Source: an uncultured delta proteobacterium (GTDB taxonomy: Bacteria; Myxococcota_A; Polyangia; Haliangiales; Haliangiaceae). From it: a DNA stretch of 64,000 bases. Position 1 is the stretch's first letter. Each line of letters opens with the position of its first letter. Made by a program: the position numbers and the translations under genes. Location of the stretch: NCBI GenBank assembly GCA_963774445.1, contig CAVZFC010000035.1, forward strand, positions 261,470 through 325,469, written 5' to 3'. The notes under the pieces were generated by a model. It had not been told where the DNA came from. It saw nothing but the letters and a program-made list of their open reading frames with translations, and searched no databases. Below are positions 26,917 through 37,259 of the stretch, piece after piece.

Positions 26917-28067
26917 CCGCCGAGGAGCTGGCCACGCTCGCCCGCGAGCTGCCGCACCCGCCGCTCGAGCCGGCGCGGGCGGAGGCCATTCGCAGTAGCT
27001 TGCTCGCCGAAGTCGAAGCGACCGCGACGGTGCCCGCGCACCGCCTCCGCCGCTGGGCCGCACCCGCCGCGGTTGCGCTGGTCGCCGCTGCCGCGGTGGC
27101 CCTGTGGCTGGGGCTGCGCGGCGGTCCCCACGCGACCCCGTCCGCACCCGAGTTCGCCCACCACGGCACCGTGCAGGCCCCCGACGGCGCCCAGTTCGTG
27201 CACACCGCCAAGCCGGCCGTTGACGGCGCCACCGATGAGGTCGTCAGGCTGCGCTCCGGTCACGTCACCGTCGCCGTGGCCGACGTCGCCACCCGCGACC
27301 GCTTCCGCGTCGTCACCGGCGACGCCGAGATCGAGTCGCGCGACAGCGCCTTCGACGTGAAGGTCGAGGGCGACGCCCTGGCCGGCGTCACCGTGCATAC
27401 CGGCGTCGCCGAAGTGCGCGTCCACGGCCAGCAGACCGTCCTCCTCGGCGCCGGCGAAACGTGGCCCCGCGAGGAAACCAAGGTCGTCGTCCAGGATCTC
27501 GACCTGGCCGCCCCCGCGCCCGCACCCGCACCCGCAGTCCAGCAGGCCGCTCATCCTGAGCGGAGCCCGATCCCTCGACAAGCTCAGGACCAGGGGCCTC
27601 GGGCGGAGTCGAAGGAGCCCACCCCCGCGCCCGCGCCCACGCCCGCGCTGACCCAGGCGGAGCCGCCCGCTGCCGCCCGCGCCCCCTCGGCCAGCCCGAT
27701 GGAGCAGGCATTCCACGACGGCTGGACGTCGCTGCGCGACAAGCAGTTCCGCACCGCCGCCGACGCCTTCGCCCGCGCCGCGCGCATCGATCCCGACGCG
27801 CCGCTGGCCGAAGACGCCCACTACTGGCTCGCCGTCGCCCGCGCCCGCGCCGGCCAGACCCGCCGCGCCGCCGCCGCCATGCGCGACTTCCTGTCTCGCC
27901 ACCCGTTCTCCGATCGCGCCGGCGAGGTCTCGGTCATGCTCGGCTGGATCGAGCTCCGCGCAGGCGACCACGCCCACGCCGAAGCGCATTTCCGCGCCGC
28001 CATCGACGACGACCGCACCGACGTCCGCGCCAGCGCCCGCGCCGGCCTCGACGCCCTGACCCGCTGA
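26913..28067 (+). CDS. anti-sigma factor (FecR-like domain, TM segment, C-terminal TPR-like region)
   Basis: ATGA overlap with the sigma gene. TM segment AAPAAVALVAAAAVALWL. RFRVVTGDAEIESRDSAFDV is FecR-like. Confidence 0.7.
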   Translation: MTAEELATLARELPHPPLEPARAEAIRSSLLAEVEATATVPAHRLRRWAAPAAVALVAAAAVALWLGLRGGPHATPSAPEFAHHGTVQAPDGAQFVHTAKPAVDGATDEVVRLRSGHVTVAVADVATRDRFRVVTGDAEIESRDSAFDVKVEGDALAGVTVHTGVAEVRVHGQQTVLLGAGETWPREETKVVVQDLDLAAPAPAPAPAVQQAAHPERSPIPRQAQDQGPRAESKEPTPAPAPTPALTQAEPPAAARAPSASPMEQAFHDGWTSLRDKQFRTAADAFARAARIDPDAPLAEDAHYWLAVARARAGQTRRAAAAMRDFLSRHPFSDRAGEVSVMLGWIELRAGDHAHAEAHFRAAIDDDRTDVRASARAGLDALTR

Positions 28068-28105
28068 TCCCGCGCGCACGAACCAGGTACCCACCAGCCA
28101 CCGAG

Positions 28106-28170
28106 CCGGTCGCCCTGAGCTTGTCGAAGGGCGCATCGGACGCGCCCTTCGACAGGCTCAGGGCGACCGG
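28106..28170. repeat. near-perfect 29-bp-arm palindrome (REP-like element)
   Basis: ccggtcgccctgagcttgtcgaagggcgc-atcggac-gcgcccttcgacaggctcagggcgaccgg. One mismatch between arms. It lies between convergent genes. Confidence 0.85.
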
Positions 28171-28214
28171 AGACAAAGCCGTGCTGGATGGGAACGTCGG
28201 TCGTAGCCGGCGGG

Positions 28215-29765
<1,551 letters not shown>

Positions 29766-29772
29766 ACGGATG

Positions 29773-30468
29773 CTACTTGCCGCCGCCTGCGCGCTGGGCT
29801 TCCACCTTCATCGTGTCGTACTTCTTCTTCTCGACCTGGTACTTGGCCTTCTCCTGGTCGGCCAGCGCCTTGGTGCGCTGGGCCTCACGCGACCGGGCGT
29901 CGAACTGCTCTTTGTACGGCGGCATGGCGAAGCCCTTGGGCCGGATGTTCTTCTGCTGGGCGACCTGCGCCTTGCTCAGCTCGAACTTGGCCTCTTGCGC
30001 GTACATCTGCTCCTCGGTGTAGAGGATGTACTTCTCCAGCCACTTCTTCTCGGCCTTGACCGCGGCGACCTTCTGGTCGGCGGCGCGGCGCGCCATCTCT
30101 GCGGCCCGCAGGTCGGCCTTGGCCGTGTTCACCCGGTTCATGTCGCCCGTGCTCTCGGCGTTCTTCTGCTTGGACTTGGCCGAGTCCTCGGCCAGCAGCG
30201 CCTGCTTGAGCTCGTTCTTGGCTACCTCGGCGCGGGTGGCGTTGTCTTCCAGCTTGGTCTGGGCGGTCATGTATTCGCCCTTGGCAATCTGGTAGTCGTT
30301 CTGCGCCTTGAACACTTCTTGCCGCTCCGCGATTGGCACGCGGGCGATGTGATACTCGTCGAAGTGATGGCTGAGAGGCTGGGGCCTCTTGGGGCCGCTG
30401 CCGCCGCAAGCCGCCAGCGCGGCGGCGAGCAGCGCGACCCAATAGGAGCTGCGCATGGACTCCGGCAT
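29773..30468 (-). CDS. coiled-coil lipoprotein
   Basis: Internal start MPESMRSSYWVALLAAALAACGG. Lys/Glu/Ala-rich heptad-like sequence. Confidence 0.55.
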   Translation of the reverse strand: MPESMRSSYWVALLAAALAACGGSGPKRPQPLSHHFDEYHIARVPIAERQEVFKAQNDYQIAKGEYMTAQTKLEDNATRAEVAKNELKQALLAEDSAKSKQKNAESTGDMNRVNTAKADLRAAEMARRAADQKVAAVKAEKKWLEKYILYTEEQMYAQEAKFELSKAQVAQQKNIRPKGFAMPPYKEQFDARSREAQRTKALADQEKAKYQVEKKKYDTMKVEAQRAGGGK

Positions 30469-30618
30469 TCTAGTCTCCCTGGTTCTATGGCCGGGCACGA
30501 GCCCGGCCGGGAATAGACTACTACGGCCGCGGGCAGCCCGGCTACCGCCCTGGGGCCCGGCCGTGGGCCTTTCCAACCGGGCCACCAACCGGGCCGGAGA
30601 GTGATAGGATCGCCGCCT

Positions 30619-31389
30619 ATGGCGGGCTGCCTGCTTGCCGTCGACATCGGCAACACCAATACGGTTCTCGGCGTCTACGAGGGCGACGATCTGGTCGCGC
30701 ACTGGCGCATCCAGACGGCTCCGGAGCGTACCGCCGACGAGTACGCGGTCCTGATCTCGCAGCTCATGAGCCTGGCTGGCCGGACGGGCCCGATCACCCA
30801 CGGCATCATGTCGTCGGTCGTGCCGACGGTGATCTTCGAGCTCAAGGGCTTCTTCGACAAGCACCTCGAGGTGCCGGCCATGGTCGTGGGCCCGGGCATC
30901 AAGACCGGTATGCCGATCCTGTACGAAAACCCCCGCGAGGTCGGCGCCGACCGGATCGTAAACGCGGTCGCCGCCTACGAGCGGTTCAAGTCCGGCTGCG
31001 TGGTCGTGGATTTCGGCACCGCCACCACCTGGGACGTGGTCAGCCCCAAAGGCGAGTACCTGGGCGGGGTCATCGCGCCCGGCGTGAACATCAGCTCCGA
31101 GGCGCTGTACGCCCACGCGGCCAAGCTGCCGCGGGTCGAGGTGGCGCACCCGGTCAAGGTGGTCGGCCGCAACACCGTGGCGTCGATGCAGTCGGGACTG
31201 TTCTTCGGCTACGTGGGAATGATCGACGCGATCGTCGACCGCATCCGGGACGAGGTCGACTTCGAGGCCCGCTGCGTGGCCACCGGCGGGCTGGCCACGC
31301 TGTTCGAAGGCGCTTCGCGCGCGATCGAGCATACTGACGAGATGCTCACGTTGCGCGGCCTCAAGATTCTGTTCGAGAGGAACCGCTAG
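30619..31389 (+). CDS. coaX: type III pantothenate kinase
   Basis: LLAVDIGNTNT...VVDFGTATTWD...GGLA. Confidence 0.85.
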   Translation: MAGCLLAVDIGNTNTVLGVYEGDDLVAHWRIQTAPERTADEYAVLISQLMSLAGRTGPITHGIMSSVVPTVIFELKGFFDKHLEVPAMVVGPGIKTGMPILYENPREVGADRIVNAVAAYERFKSGCVVVDFGTATTWDVVSPKGEYLGGVIAPGVNISSEALYAHAAKLPRVEVAHPVKVVGRNTVASMQSGLFFGYVGMIDAIVDRIRDEVDFEARCVATGGLATLFEGASRAIEHTDEMLTLRGLKILFERNR

Positions 31390-32534
31390 TGGCGCTCGAG
31401 CACACGCCGCTCTTGACCGGCGACCTTTCTGCGGCCGCGCAGCAGGCGCTGGGACCCGGACCGGCGCGGATGATGGCCGCCCGCGGGCTGGCGCCGTTGC
31501 CCGATCCGGTCGATTTGGTTTCGGTCTTGTACCAGCTGTCGCTCGACGGCGAGGCGGCCCTCGCCAAGGCGGCCCGTGCGACCCTGGACGGCCTGCCCGA
31601 GCGGGTGCTCGACGGCGCCGTCGCCGATCCGCGCCTGGACCGCAAGGTCCTGGATCTGTTCGCCGAGAGCTGCCGCGGCAAGACCGGCCTGATCGACAAG
31701 ATCATCCTCAACACCTCCACCGCCGACGAGACCCTGGCCGAGCTGGCCGGCAAAGTGGGGGCTCTGCAGGTCGACCTGATCGCGCAAAACGAGCAGCGCC
31801 TGCTGCGTCACCCGGCCATCATCGGGTCGATGTACAACAACCTGCAGGCGCGCATGTCCACGGTCAACCGGGCGGTCGAGCTGGCGGTGCGCCACGGTCT
31901 CAAGGTGCCGGGCATCAGCGCCTGGGACGAGCTGGTGGCCGCGTTCACCGGCATCAAGCGGCGCGGCGACGCGACGAAAAAGCGCGACGAGCCCAAGGGC
32001 GAGGAGGCCCGGTCCGAAGGGGGCGAGATCGTCGAGGTCCCGGACGAGCAGGTTGACGCCCTGTTTGCCCAGGCCGCCAAGGGAGGGGCCGCCGTCTCCA
32101 GCGAGGCCGAGGCCGAGGCCACCCTCCCGGCTTCCAGGATGACGGTGCCGATGAAGATCCGTCTGGCGAGCCTGGGCAACAACTTTCAGCGGTCGGTGCT
32201 CATCCGCGACCCGATCCGGATGGTCTCCATGGCTGCCGTCAAGGCCCCCGGGGTCAACGACATGGAGGCCGCGCGCTACGCGAATAACCATTCCTTGCCC
32301 GAGGAAGTCATATCGTACATAGCCAGTCGCAGAGACTGGACCAAACTGTACGGAGTAAAGCTATCTCTGATCACGAACCCCAAGACGCCGATCGCGGCGG
32401 CGATACGCTTTCTGGACCACCTGCGGGAGAAGGATCTCCGGCAGGTGGCACGGTCCAAGAGCATCCCGTCGGCCGTGGCCGCGGGCGCGCGCAAGCGGCT
32501 GGCGAACAAGGCCCAGCGCAGCGGCAGACACTAG
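31389..32534 (+). CDS. hypothetical protein
   Basis: GTG start overlapping the coaX stop. 381 aa. No family recognised. Confidence 0.45.
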   Translation: MALEHTPLLTGDLSAAAQQALGPGPARMMAARGLAPLPDPVDLVSVLYQLSLDGEAALAKAARATLDGLPERVLDGAVADPRLDRKVLDLFAESCRGKTGLIDKIILNTSTADETLAELAGKVGALQVDLIAQNEQRLLRHPAIIGSMYNNLQARMSTVNRAVELAVRHGLKVPGISAWDELVAAFTGIKRRGDATKKRDEPKGEEARSEGGEIVEVPDEQVDALFAQAAKGGAAVSSEAEAEATLPASRMTVPMKIRLASLGNNFQRSVLIRDPIRMVSMAAVKAPGVNDMEAARYANNHSLPEEVISYIASRRDWTKLYGVKLSLITNPKTPIAAAIRFLDHLREKDLRQVARSKSIPSAVAAGARKRLANKAQRSGRH

Positions 32535-32563
32535 CCTGGCGACCCCGGCGGTTCCTCGAACGG

Positions 32564-33616
32564 ATGGGCGCGGCCCTGGCGGCGCCACGGCTCGCGCTTG
32601 CCGCCGCCGACCGCGAAGAGGCGGCGGGCAAGGCCGGCAGCGACGTCGCCCTGCTGATCGCGCTCTACTTCGTGGCCGGCCATCTGCGCGAGCTGGTGGT
32701 GTCGCTGTGGCTGGGCCGGGACGTCGGCCTCGGCCAGGGCGCCAGCACGCTGGTCACGGCGCTGGCGCACGCGATCGCCTACGATCTGATCGGGCTGTTC
32801 GCCGCCTCCGTGCTGCTGACCATCGCGGCCGGGCGCAAGCGCTCGATCGGGCGCGACTTCGACCTGGCTTGCGTAGCCTTCATCCCGTATCTGACGGTGA
32901 AGATCGCGGCGACGATCTTCTTCGAGCTGTGGGGCACGCCGCCGCTGATGATCGCCCGGGGCGTGCGCGTCGTCGCCTTCGGCTGGACGTTCGCGGTGCT
33001 GCTCCTGGCCTGGCAACAGGCGCGGTCGCGGCCGGGCGAGGCGGCGCCGGCGGCCCCGGCGCGGCCTCCGGTGGTCGCCTGGGGTGGTCGCGCCCTGGCG
33101 CTGGCGCTGGCCGGCCTGTTCGCCATGCAGCTGGTGTGGGTCGTCGGCCACCGCTCGGTCTTGCGCCCGATTCTTCCGGGGGACGTAGCGCCCGGCTTCC
33201 GCCTACCGCGGATGTCGCACGACGGCACGCTGACCGGCGAGGCGCTATCCCTCGACCAGCTCGAGGGCAAGGTGGTGCTGCTCGATTTCTGGGCCAACTG
33301 GTGCAAACCGTGCCGGGACACCATTCCGCACGTCGAGCAGATCTATCGCCGCTACCACGACCGCGGCCTGGAGGTGGTGTCGATCAAGCTGGACGGTCTC
33401 GATCTCGACAAGGCCGGCGTGGTCATCGCCAAGACCACCTTTCCGATCGTGGTCGACGCCACCGGCGAGATCAGCGACGCCTACAAGGTGTCAACCATCC
33501 CCCACCTCGTGCTGATCGATCGCCTCGGGGTGGTGCGCTTCGTCCACCACGGCGGCATCACCGCTGGCGCCCTGGCGCCGCAGGTGGAACGCCTGCTCGA
33601 GCGGGCGAAGCCGTAG
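32564..33616 (+). CDS. membrane protein with C-terminal TlpA/ResA-like thioredoxin domain
   Basis: 4-5 TM segments, then FWANWCKPCRDTIP (WCxPC) thioredoxin fold. Confidence 0.7.
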   Translation: MGAALAAPRLALAAADREEAAGKAGSDVALLIALYFVAGHLRELVVSLWLGRDVGLGQGASTLVTALAHAIAYDLIGLFAASVLLTIAAGRKRSIGRDFDLACVAFIPYLTVKIAATIFFELWGTPPLMIARGVRVVAFGWTFAVLLLAWQQARSRPGEAAPAAPARPPVVAWGGRALALALAGLFAMQLVWVVGHRSVLRPILPGDVAPGFRLPRMSHDGTLTGEALSLDQLEGKVVLLDFWANWCKPCRDTIPHVEQIYRRYHDRGLEVVSIKLDGLDLDKAGVVIAKTTFPIVVDATGEISDAYKVSTIPHLVLIDRLGVVRFVHHGGITAGALAPQVERLLERAKP

Positions 33617-33619
33617 CCG

Positions 33620-34459
33620 CTAGCGGTGGCGCTCGAGCTGCGCGACCAGCTTGCGGACCCGCACGGCGTCGCGGCTGTGGGGGGCCTTGCGCACGTAGGT
33701 CTTGAACGCGCGAATCGCCGCCGAGCGCTTGCCCTGCTTGCGGTAGACCACCCCGAGGGCGCGATAGGCGGGGACGTGGCCGGCCCGCGCGGAGGCTTTG
33801 AACTCGTGGCGGGCGCGCGACATGTCGCCGTGGTTGAAGGCCATGAGGCCCTTCTTGTACAGGGCCTTGCCGTTGGCGTGGCTGCGATGGGCGGCGCGCT
33901 TGGCGGCGCGGTGCGCGGGCGGCGGGGCGGCGGGCGCAGGCGCGGCGGCGGGCGCGGGTGCGGGCGCAGGCGCGACGGCGGGCGCAGGCGCGACGGCGGG
34001 CGCGACGGGCGCAGGCGCGACGGCGGGCGCAGGGGCGGGCGCGACGGCGGGCGCGGGCGCCGTCGCGGCCTGGGACGTCGAGGCGGCGAGGGCGTCGGCG
34101 CCGGCTTGTGAGCTGGAGCTCGGGATCAGCAGCGCGACCAGAGCGAGGGCGCCCAGCCCTCCGACGAACGCGAGCACCCTGGTCGGCGGTCGGCGGATCC
34201 GCGCGATCGGGTGGGTCTCGATGTTCCGTTCGGGACCCTGGGTGCCCTCCGCCAGCAGCTCCGGGCGCGGCGTCTTGCTCGCGTCACGCATCTGCCGCAG
34301 CTGGTCCATGAACGAGCGCGCCAGCGAGGCGCGGTGCTCACCGTCATCCAGATCCGAAAAGTCCTCGGCCGGCGCTACGGGCGCTTCCTCGATCTCCTCC
34401 CCGCGGCGGAAGAAATCCCGGTCAACATGGGTGAACTCGACCTCTGACATCAACCGCAC
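33620..34459 (-). CDS. membrane-anchored protein with (Ala-Pro)n linker and TPR-like C-terminus
   Basis: TM segment VLAFVGGLGALALVALLI. APAPAVAPAPAPAV... repeats. C-terminal helical repeats YRALGVVYRKQGK. Confidence 0.5.
   Translation of the reverse strand: MRLMSEVEFTHVDRDFFRRGEEIEEAPVAPAEDFSDLDDGEHRASLARSFMDQLRQMRDASKTPRPELLAEGTQGPERNIETHPIARIRRPPTRVLAFVGGLGALALVALLIPSSSSQAGADALAASTSQAATAPAPAVAPAPAPAVAPAPVAPAVAPAPAVAPAPAPAPAAAPAPAAPPPAHRAAKRAAHRSHANGKALYKKGLMAFNHGDMSRARHEFKASARAGHVPAYRALGVVYRKQGKRSAAIRAFKTYVRKAPHSRDAVRVRKLVAQLERHR
33900..34090. repeat. imperfect tandem DNA repeats (gcgggcgcaggcgcgacg)n encoding the (AP)n linker
   Basis: Visible 15-18 nt periodicity in the sequence. Confidence 0.6.
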
Positions 34460-34639
34460 ATGGCCAGCATTACGCGTGCCAGCTTACCGTTCGCGATTCG
34501 CCTCATAACTCGGCGGGTTACGCGGGGCGGCGGGTGTGCAGCGATCGTACGCTGTGCGGAGACGACCCACCGCGCACATGACACATGTGCGCCTTGCGCC
34601 CACGCTGGCCCTGCGGGAATAGCCGGGCGACGCTGCCGA

Positions 34640-36415
34640 TCAGAGGAACATGCCCAGGTTGATGCTGTAGGCGGTGTTGCCGTTGTTGAAGCTGCGCAGC
34701 GAGCCGCCGAAGAGGAAGCCGCGGCGGTTCCCGACCAGCATCCCGCCATCGAGGCGAAGCTCGCGGTCGGTATGGTCGAAGCGCCACAGCGCCGCCGCGT
34801 GGGCATAGAACGACACCATCTTGGGGGCATATGCGCGGATACCCGCCCTCGTGCCGACATAGCCGGCGGCGCCGACATCCTGGACCATGTCGCCGGTGAT
34901 GGCGTCGTCGCCACCGGTGGCCACGACGAACAGGTTCAGCCGGGGATACGACACGCCCCATCCCAACGCCAGCGAGCCATCGCCGCCAAAGCTGATGCCG
35001 GACCCGGTTCCGCTGGCGAGCTCGAAGCCGTACACCAGGCTGTGGCCTCCCTTGATGCTGTGCAGCAGCTGCAAGCGGAAGTCGAAGTACGGTCGGGTGT
35101 CGTAGAAGTTGGTGCCAAGGAACATCAAGTCGGTGCGCACGCCCCGACCGTATTTGCGTCGCGGCCGCGACCAGTGGTTGTCGACGTATGTCCCGTAACT
35201 GTCAGTCGACGACGCCGGCTCGGGCGGGCTGACCTTCGCCTGCGGACGGGCGTTGGCCGCGCGCAGCACGCCGCGGAGGAAGGCCGCGGTGGTCGCCTCT
35301 ATCCCCACGTGAACGAGGTCGTAGTCGTCGCCGTTCATCTCGTAGTCGAGGGTGTCGGCATCGATCACGTTCACTGCCGCCACGAGCCCGGGGCGCACGT
35401 TGTCGATGCAGAAGTAGCTGATGTCGTCGAGCGAAATCCACTCGGTGCCCCACCCCGCGGCAAGGAAAGGCGGATTCGGGCGGACGTATCTGGCCAATTG
35501 CCCATGGTCCAGGCTGCGCAGGTAGTTGGAGCAGGACATTCCCGCCGGCAGCCGAGTCAACCTGACGTTGACCGAATTTCTCAGGCCGGTGACGGTCTCC
35601 TCCTCGGAGGTATAGGCTTCGCCGCCGTCGGGGCTCTGTCGCCGTTGCCAGCGGCGATTGCTCTGCACCTCGACCGGGAAGGTGGTGGCCAGGATGCCGC
35701 TCTGCAACTGTTGCACGATCGTCTGCGGTGCCGGCCGCTTCGCCGGCTGCGGCGTCGGCTCGGGTTGCGGGGCGGGCACTGGCTGCGGTGTCGGCTCGGG
35801 TTGCGCGGCGGGCGCTGCCGGAGGTGGGTTCTGCAGGTACGCGGTGAGGAGCGCCGTGGCGACGCCACTGATCTCGACGCGGGCCGCCCGTTCTTTCCAG
35901 GCGACTTCGTAGGTGGCGACCAGAACGAGCGCGAGATGCCGGCGCGTGTCGTCTGCACACAGCCACGCCTGGGGCAGTCCGATATCCATGACGACCACGT
36001 CGTCGCGCCATCCCGAGGGTGCCCAGCCTGATGGAGCGGGTTTGACTCCGAGTTTCTTGTCGGTGAGCGTGGTGAACACGCCGTCGCAAGACATCTTGGC
36101 AACCACCATCTTGATCCACAGATGCGGGCTGCCGCTGCTGACGAGCTCCAACCCAGCCCAGCCAGCGTCCGCCTTGTACTGCTTCCAGGTGGAGCCGTCG
36201 TTCTCCCCGAGGGTCAGCTGGTATGGCGTGCCCTGCAACGGGACCGTTACCCGGCGAGTCGGCGGCTTCGGCTCGTAGGTGCCTCTTGCAGCGGGTTGAG
36301 CCCGCGCGATGCGAGCGGTTGCGATGAGCGCCAGGCACAGGGCGAGCCCGGCGAGAAGCACACGGGCGGCAGCGCCCGACCTTACTTTCCTCACAGAACC
36401 AGTATAGCAAGACAC
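34640..36415 (-). CDS. secreted hypothetical protein (possible outer-membrane protein, C-terminal ...GMFL)
   Basis: Signal peptide LLAGLALCLALIATARIARA. PQP-rich linker. C-terminal aromatic residue. Confidence 0.45.
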   Translation of the reverse strand: MSCYTGSVRKVRSGAAARVLLAGLALCLALIATARIARAQPAARGTYEPKPPTRRVTVPLQGTPYQLTLGENDGSTWKQYKADAGWAGLELVSSGSPHLWIKMVVAKMSCDGVFTTLTDKKLGVKPAPSGWAPSGWRDDVVVMDIGLPQAWLCADDTRRHLALVLVATYEVAWKERAARVEISGVATALLTAYLQNPPPAAPAAQPEPTPQPVPAPQPEPTPQPAKRPAPQTIVQQLQSGILATTFPVEVQSNRRWQRRQSPDGGEAYTSEEETVTGLRNSVNVRLTRLPAGMSCSNYLRSLDHGQLARYVRPNPPFLAAGWGTEWISLDDISYFCIDNVRPGLVAAVNVIDADTLDYEMNGDDYDLVHVGIEATTAAFLRGVLRAANARPQAKVSPPEPASSTDSYGTYVDNHWSRPRRKYGRGVRTDLMFLGTNFYDTRPYFDFRLQLLHSIKGGHSLVYGFELASGTGSGISFGGDGSLALGWGVSYPRLNLFVVATGGDDAITGDMVQDVGAAGYVGTRAGIRAYAPKMVSFYAHAAALWRFDHTDRELRLDGGMLVGNRRGFLFGGSLRSFNNGNTAYSINLGMFL

Positions 36416-36431
36416 AAACGCGATTTCCCCG

Positions 36432-37232
36432 TCATGGCGCCAGGTACCGTGGGAATACCGGGCTGCTGCTGGGAAATTCCCGCGTCGCGCGATCCCCCGG
36501 CGGGCGGCTACTCGCCCTTCGCCTGTTCGACGGCTGTCGCCAGCGCCTCGAGCGCGGCGACGTGGGCGCCGGCGACGCCGTGCTCGCGGCCGACCTCGAT
36601 GAGGCGCGGCGAGCGCGGATCGTCCGGCTTGTGCTGCGGGTGGAAAGTCGTGAGCGTTGGCCTCCGGCTGGCGCCAGTACCCGGAGAACAGCGCCCTTGG
36701 GCAGTCCGGTGGTGCCGCTCGTATAAAGGATCAGCAGCGGCGCCTCCGGATCGACGTTGACGATGTCGACCTCGGGCTGCGTCGCCGCGAGCCGTGCCTC
36801 GTAGGCGCGGCCGAAGACCAGGCGATGCGGCGCGGCGCCATCGGGCACGGGGCCGGCGAACCGCTCCGACGCCAGGATTACCACTGGATCGACGATCGCC
36901 AGGCAGTGCGCCAGCTCCGGCGGCGCCAGGCGCCAGCTCTGGCAGGCGACGACCGCGCCCATACGGGCGGCGGCGACCAGCAGCTCGAGCATCTCCGGCC
37001 GGTTCTCCGACAGCACCGCCACGCGGTCGCCCGCGCCGACGCCGGGCGCCGACAGCATCGTCGCCAGGCGCCGGCTGCGGTCGTCGAGCTCGGCGTAGCT
37101 CACGCGGCGGTCGGCGCTCTCGATCGCCGTCCGCGCGCCGCCGATGCGCGCCTGCTGGCGGATCAGCCGGCCCACCGAGGTTCGCGCCGCGGACTCGACC
37201 AACGCCACCCAACCGGCGTGCGCCCCGCTCAT
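36432..37232 (-). pseudogene. AMP-dependent synthetase/ligase, N-terminal remnant only
   Basis: Reads up to the AMP-binding motif LLILYTSGTTGLPKGAVL. It then degenerates, with only about 220 nt before the next gene. A full-length enzyme would need about 350 more codons. Confidence 0.5.
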
Positions 37233-37259
37233 GGCGCCGTTGTACGCCTATCCCCGGGA

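Noticed and set aside
24746-27232. 828-aa minus-strand ORF
   Set aside because: Antisense to the Cys-repeat gene, the paralogue and the sigma gene. Arg-rich, no domain signature.
26247-28136. 629-aa minus-strand ORF
   Set aside because: Antisense to the sigma/anti-sigma genes. Low-complexity Gly/Ala/Arg.
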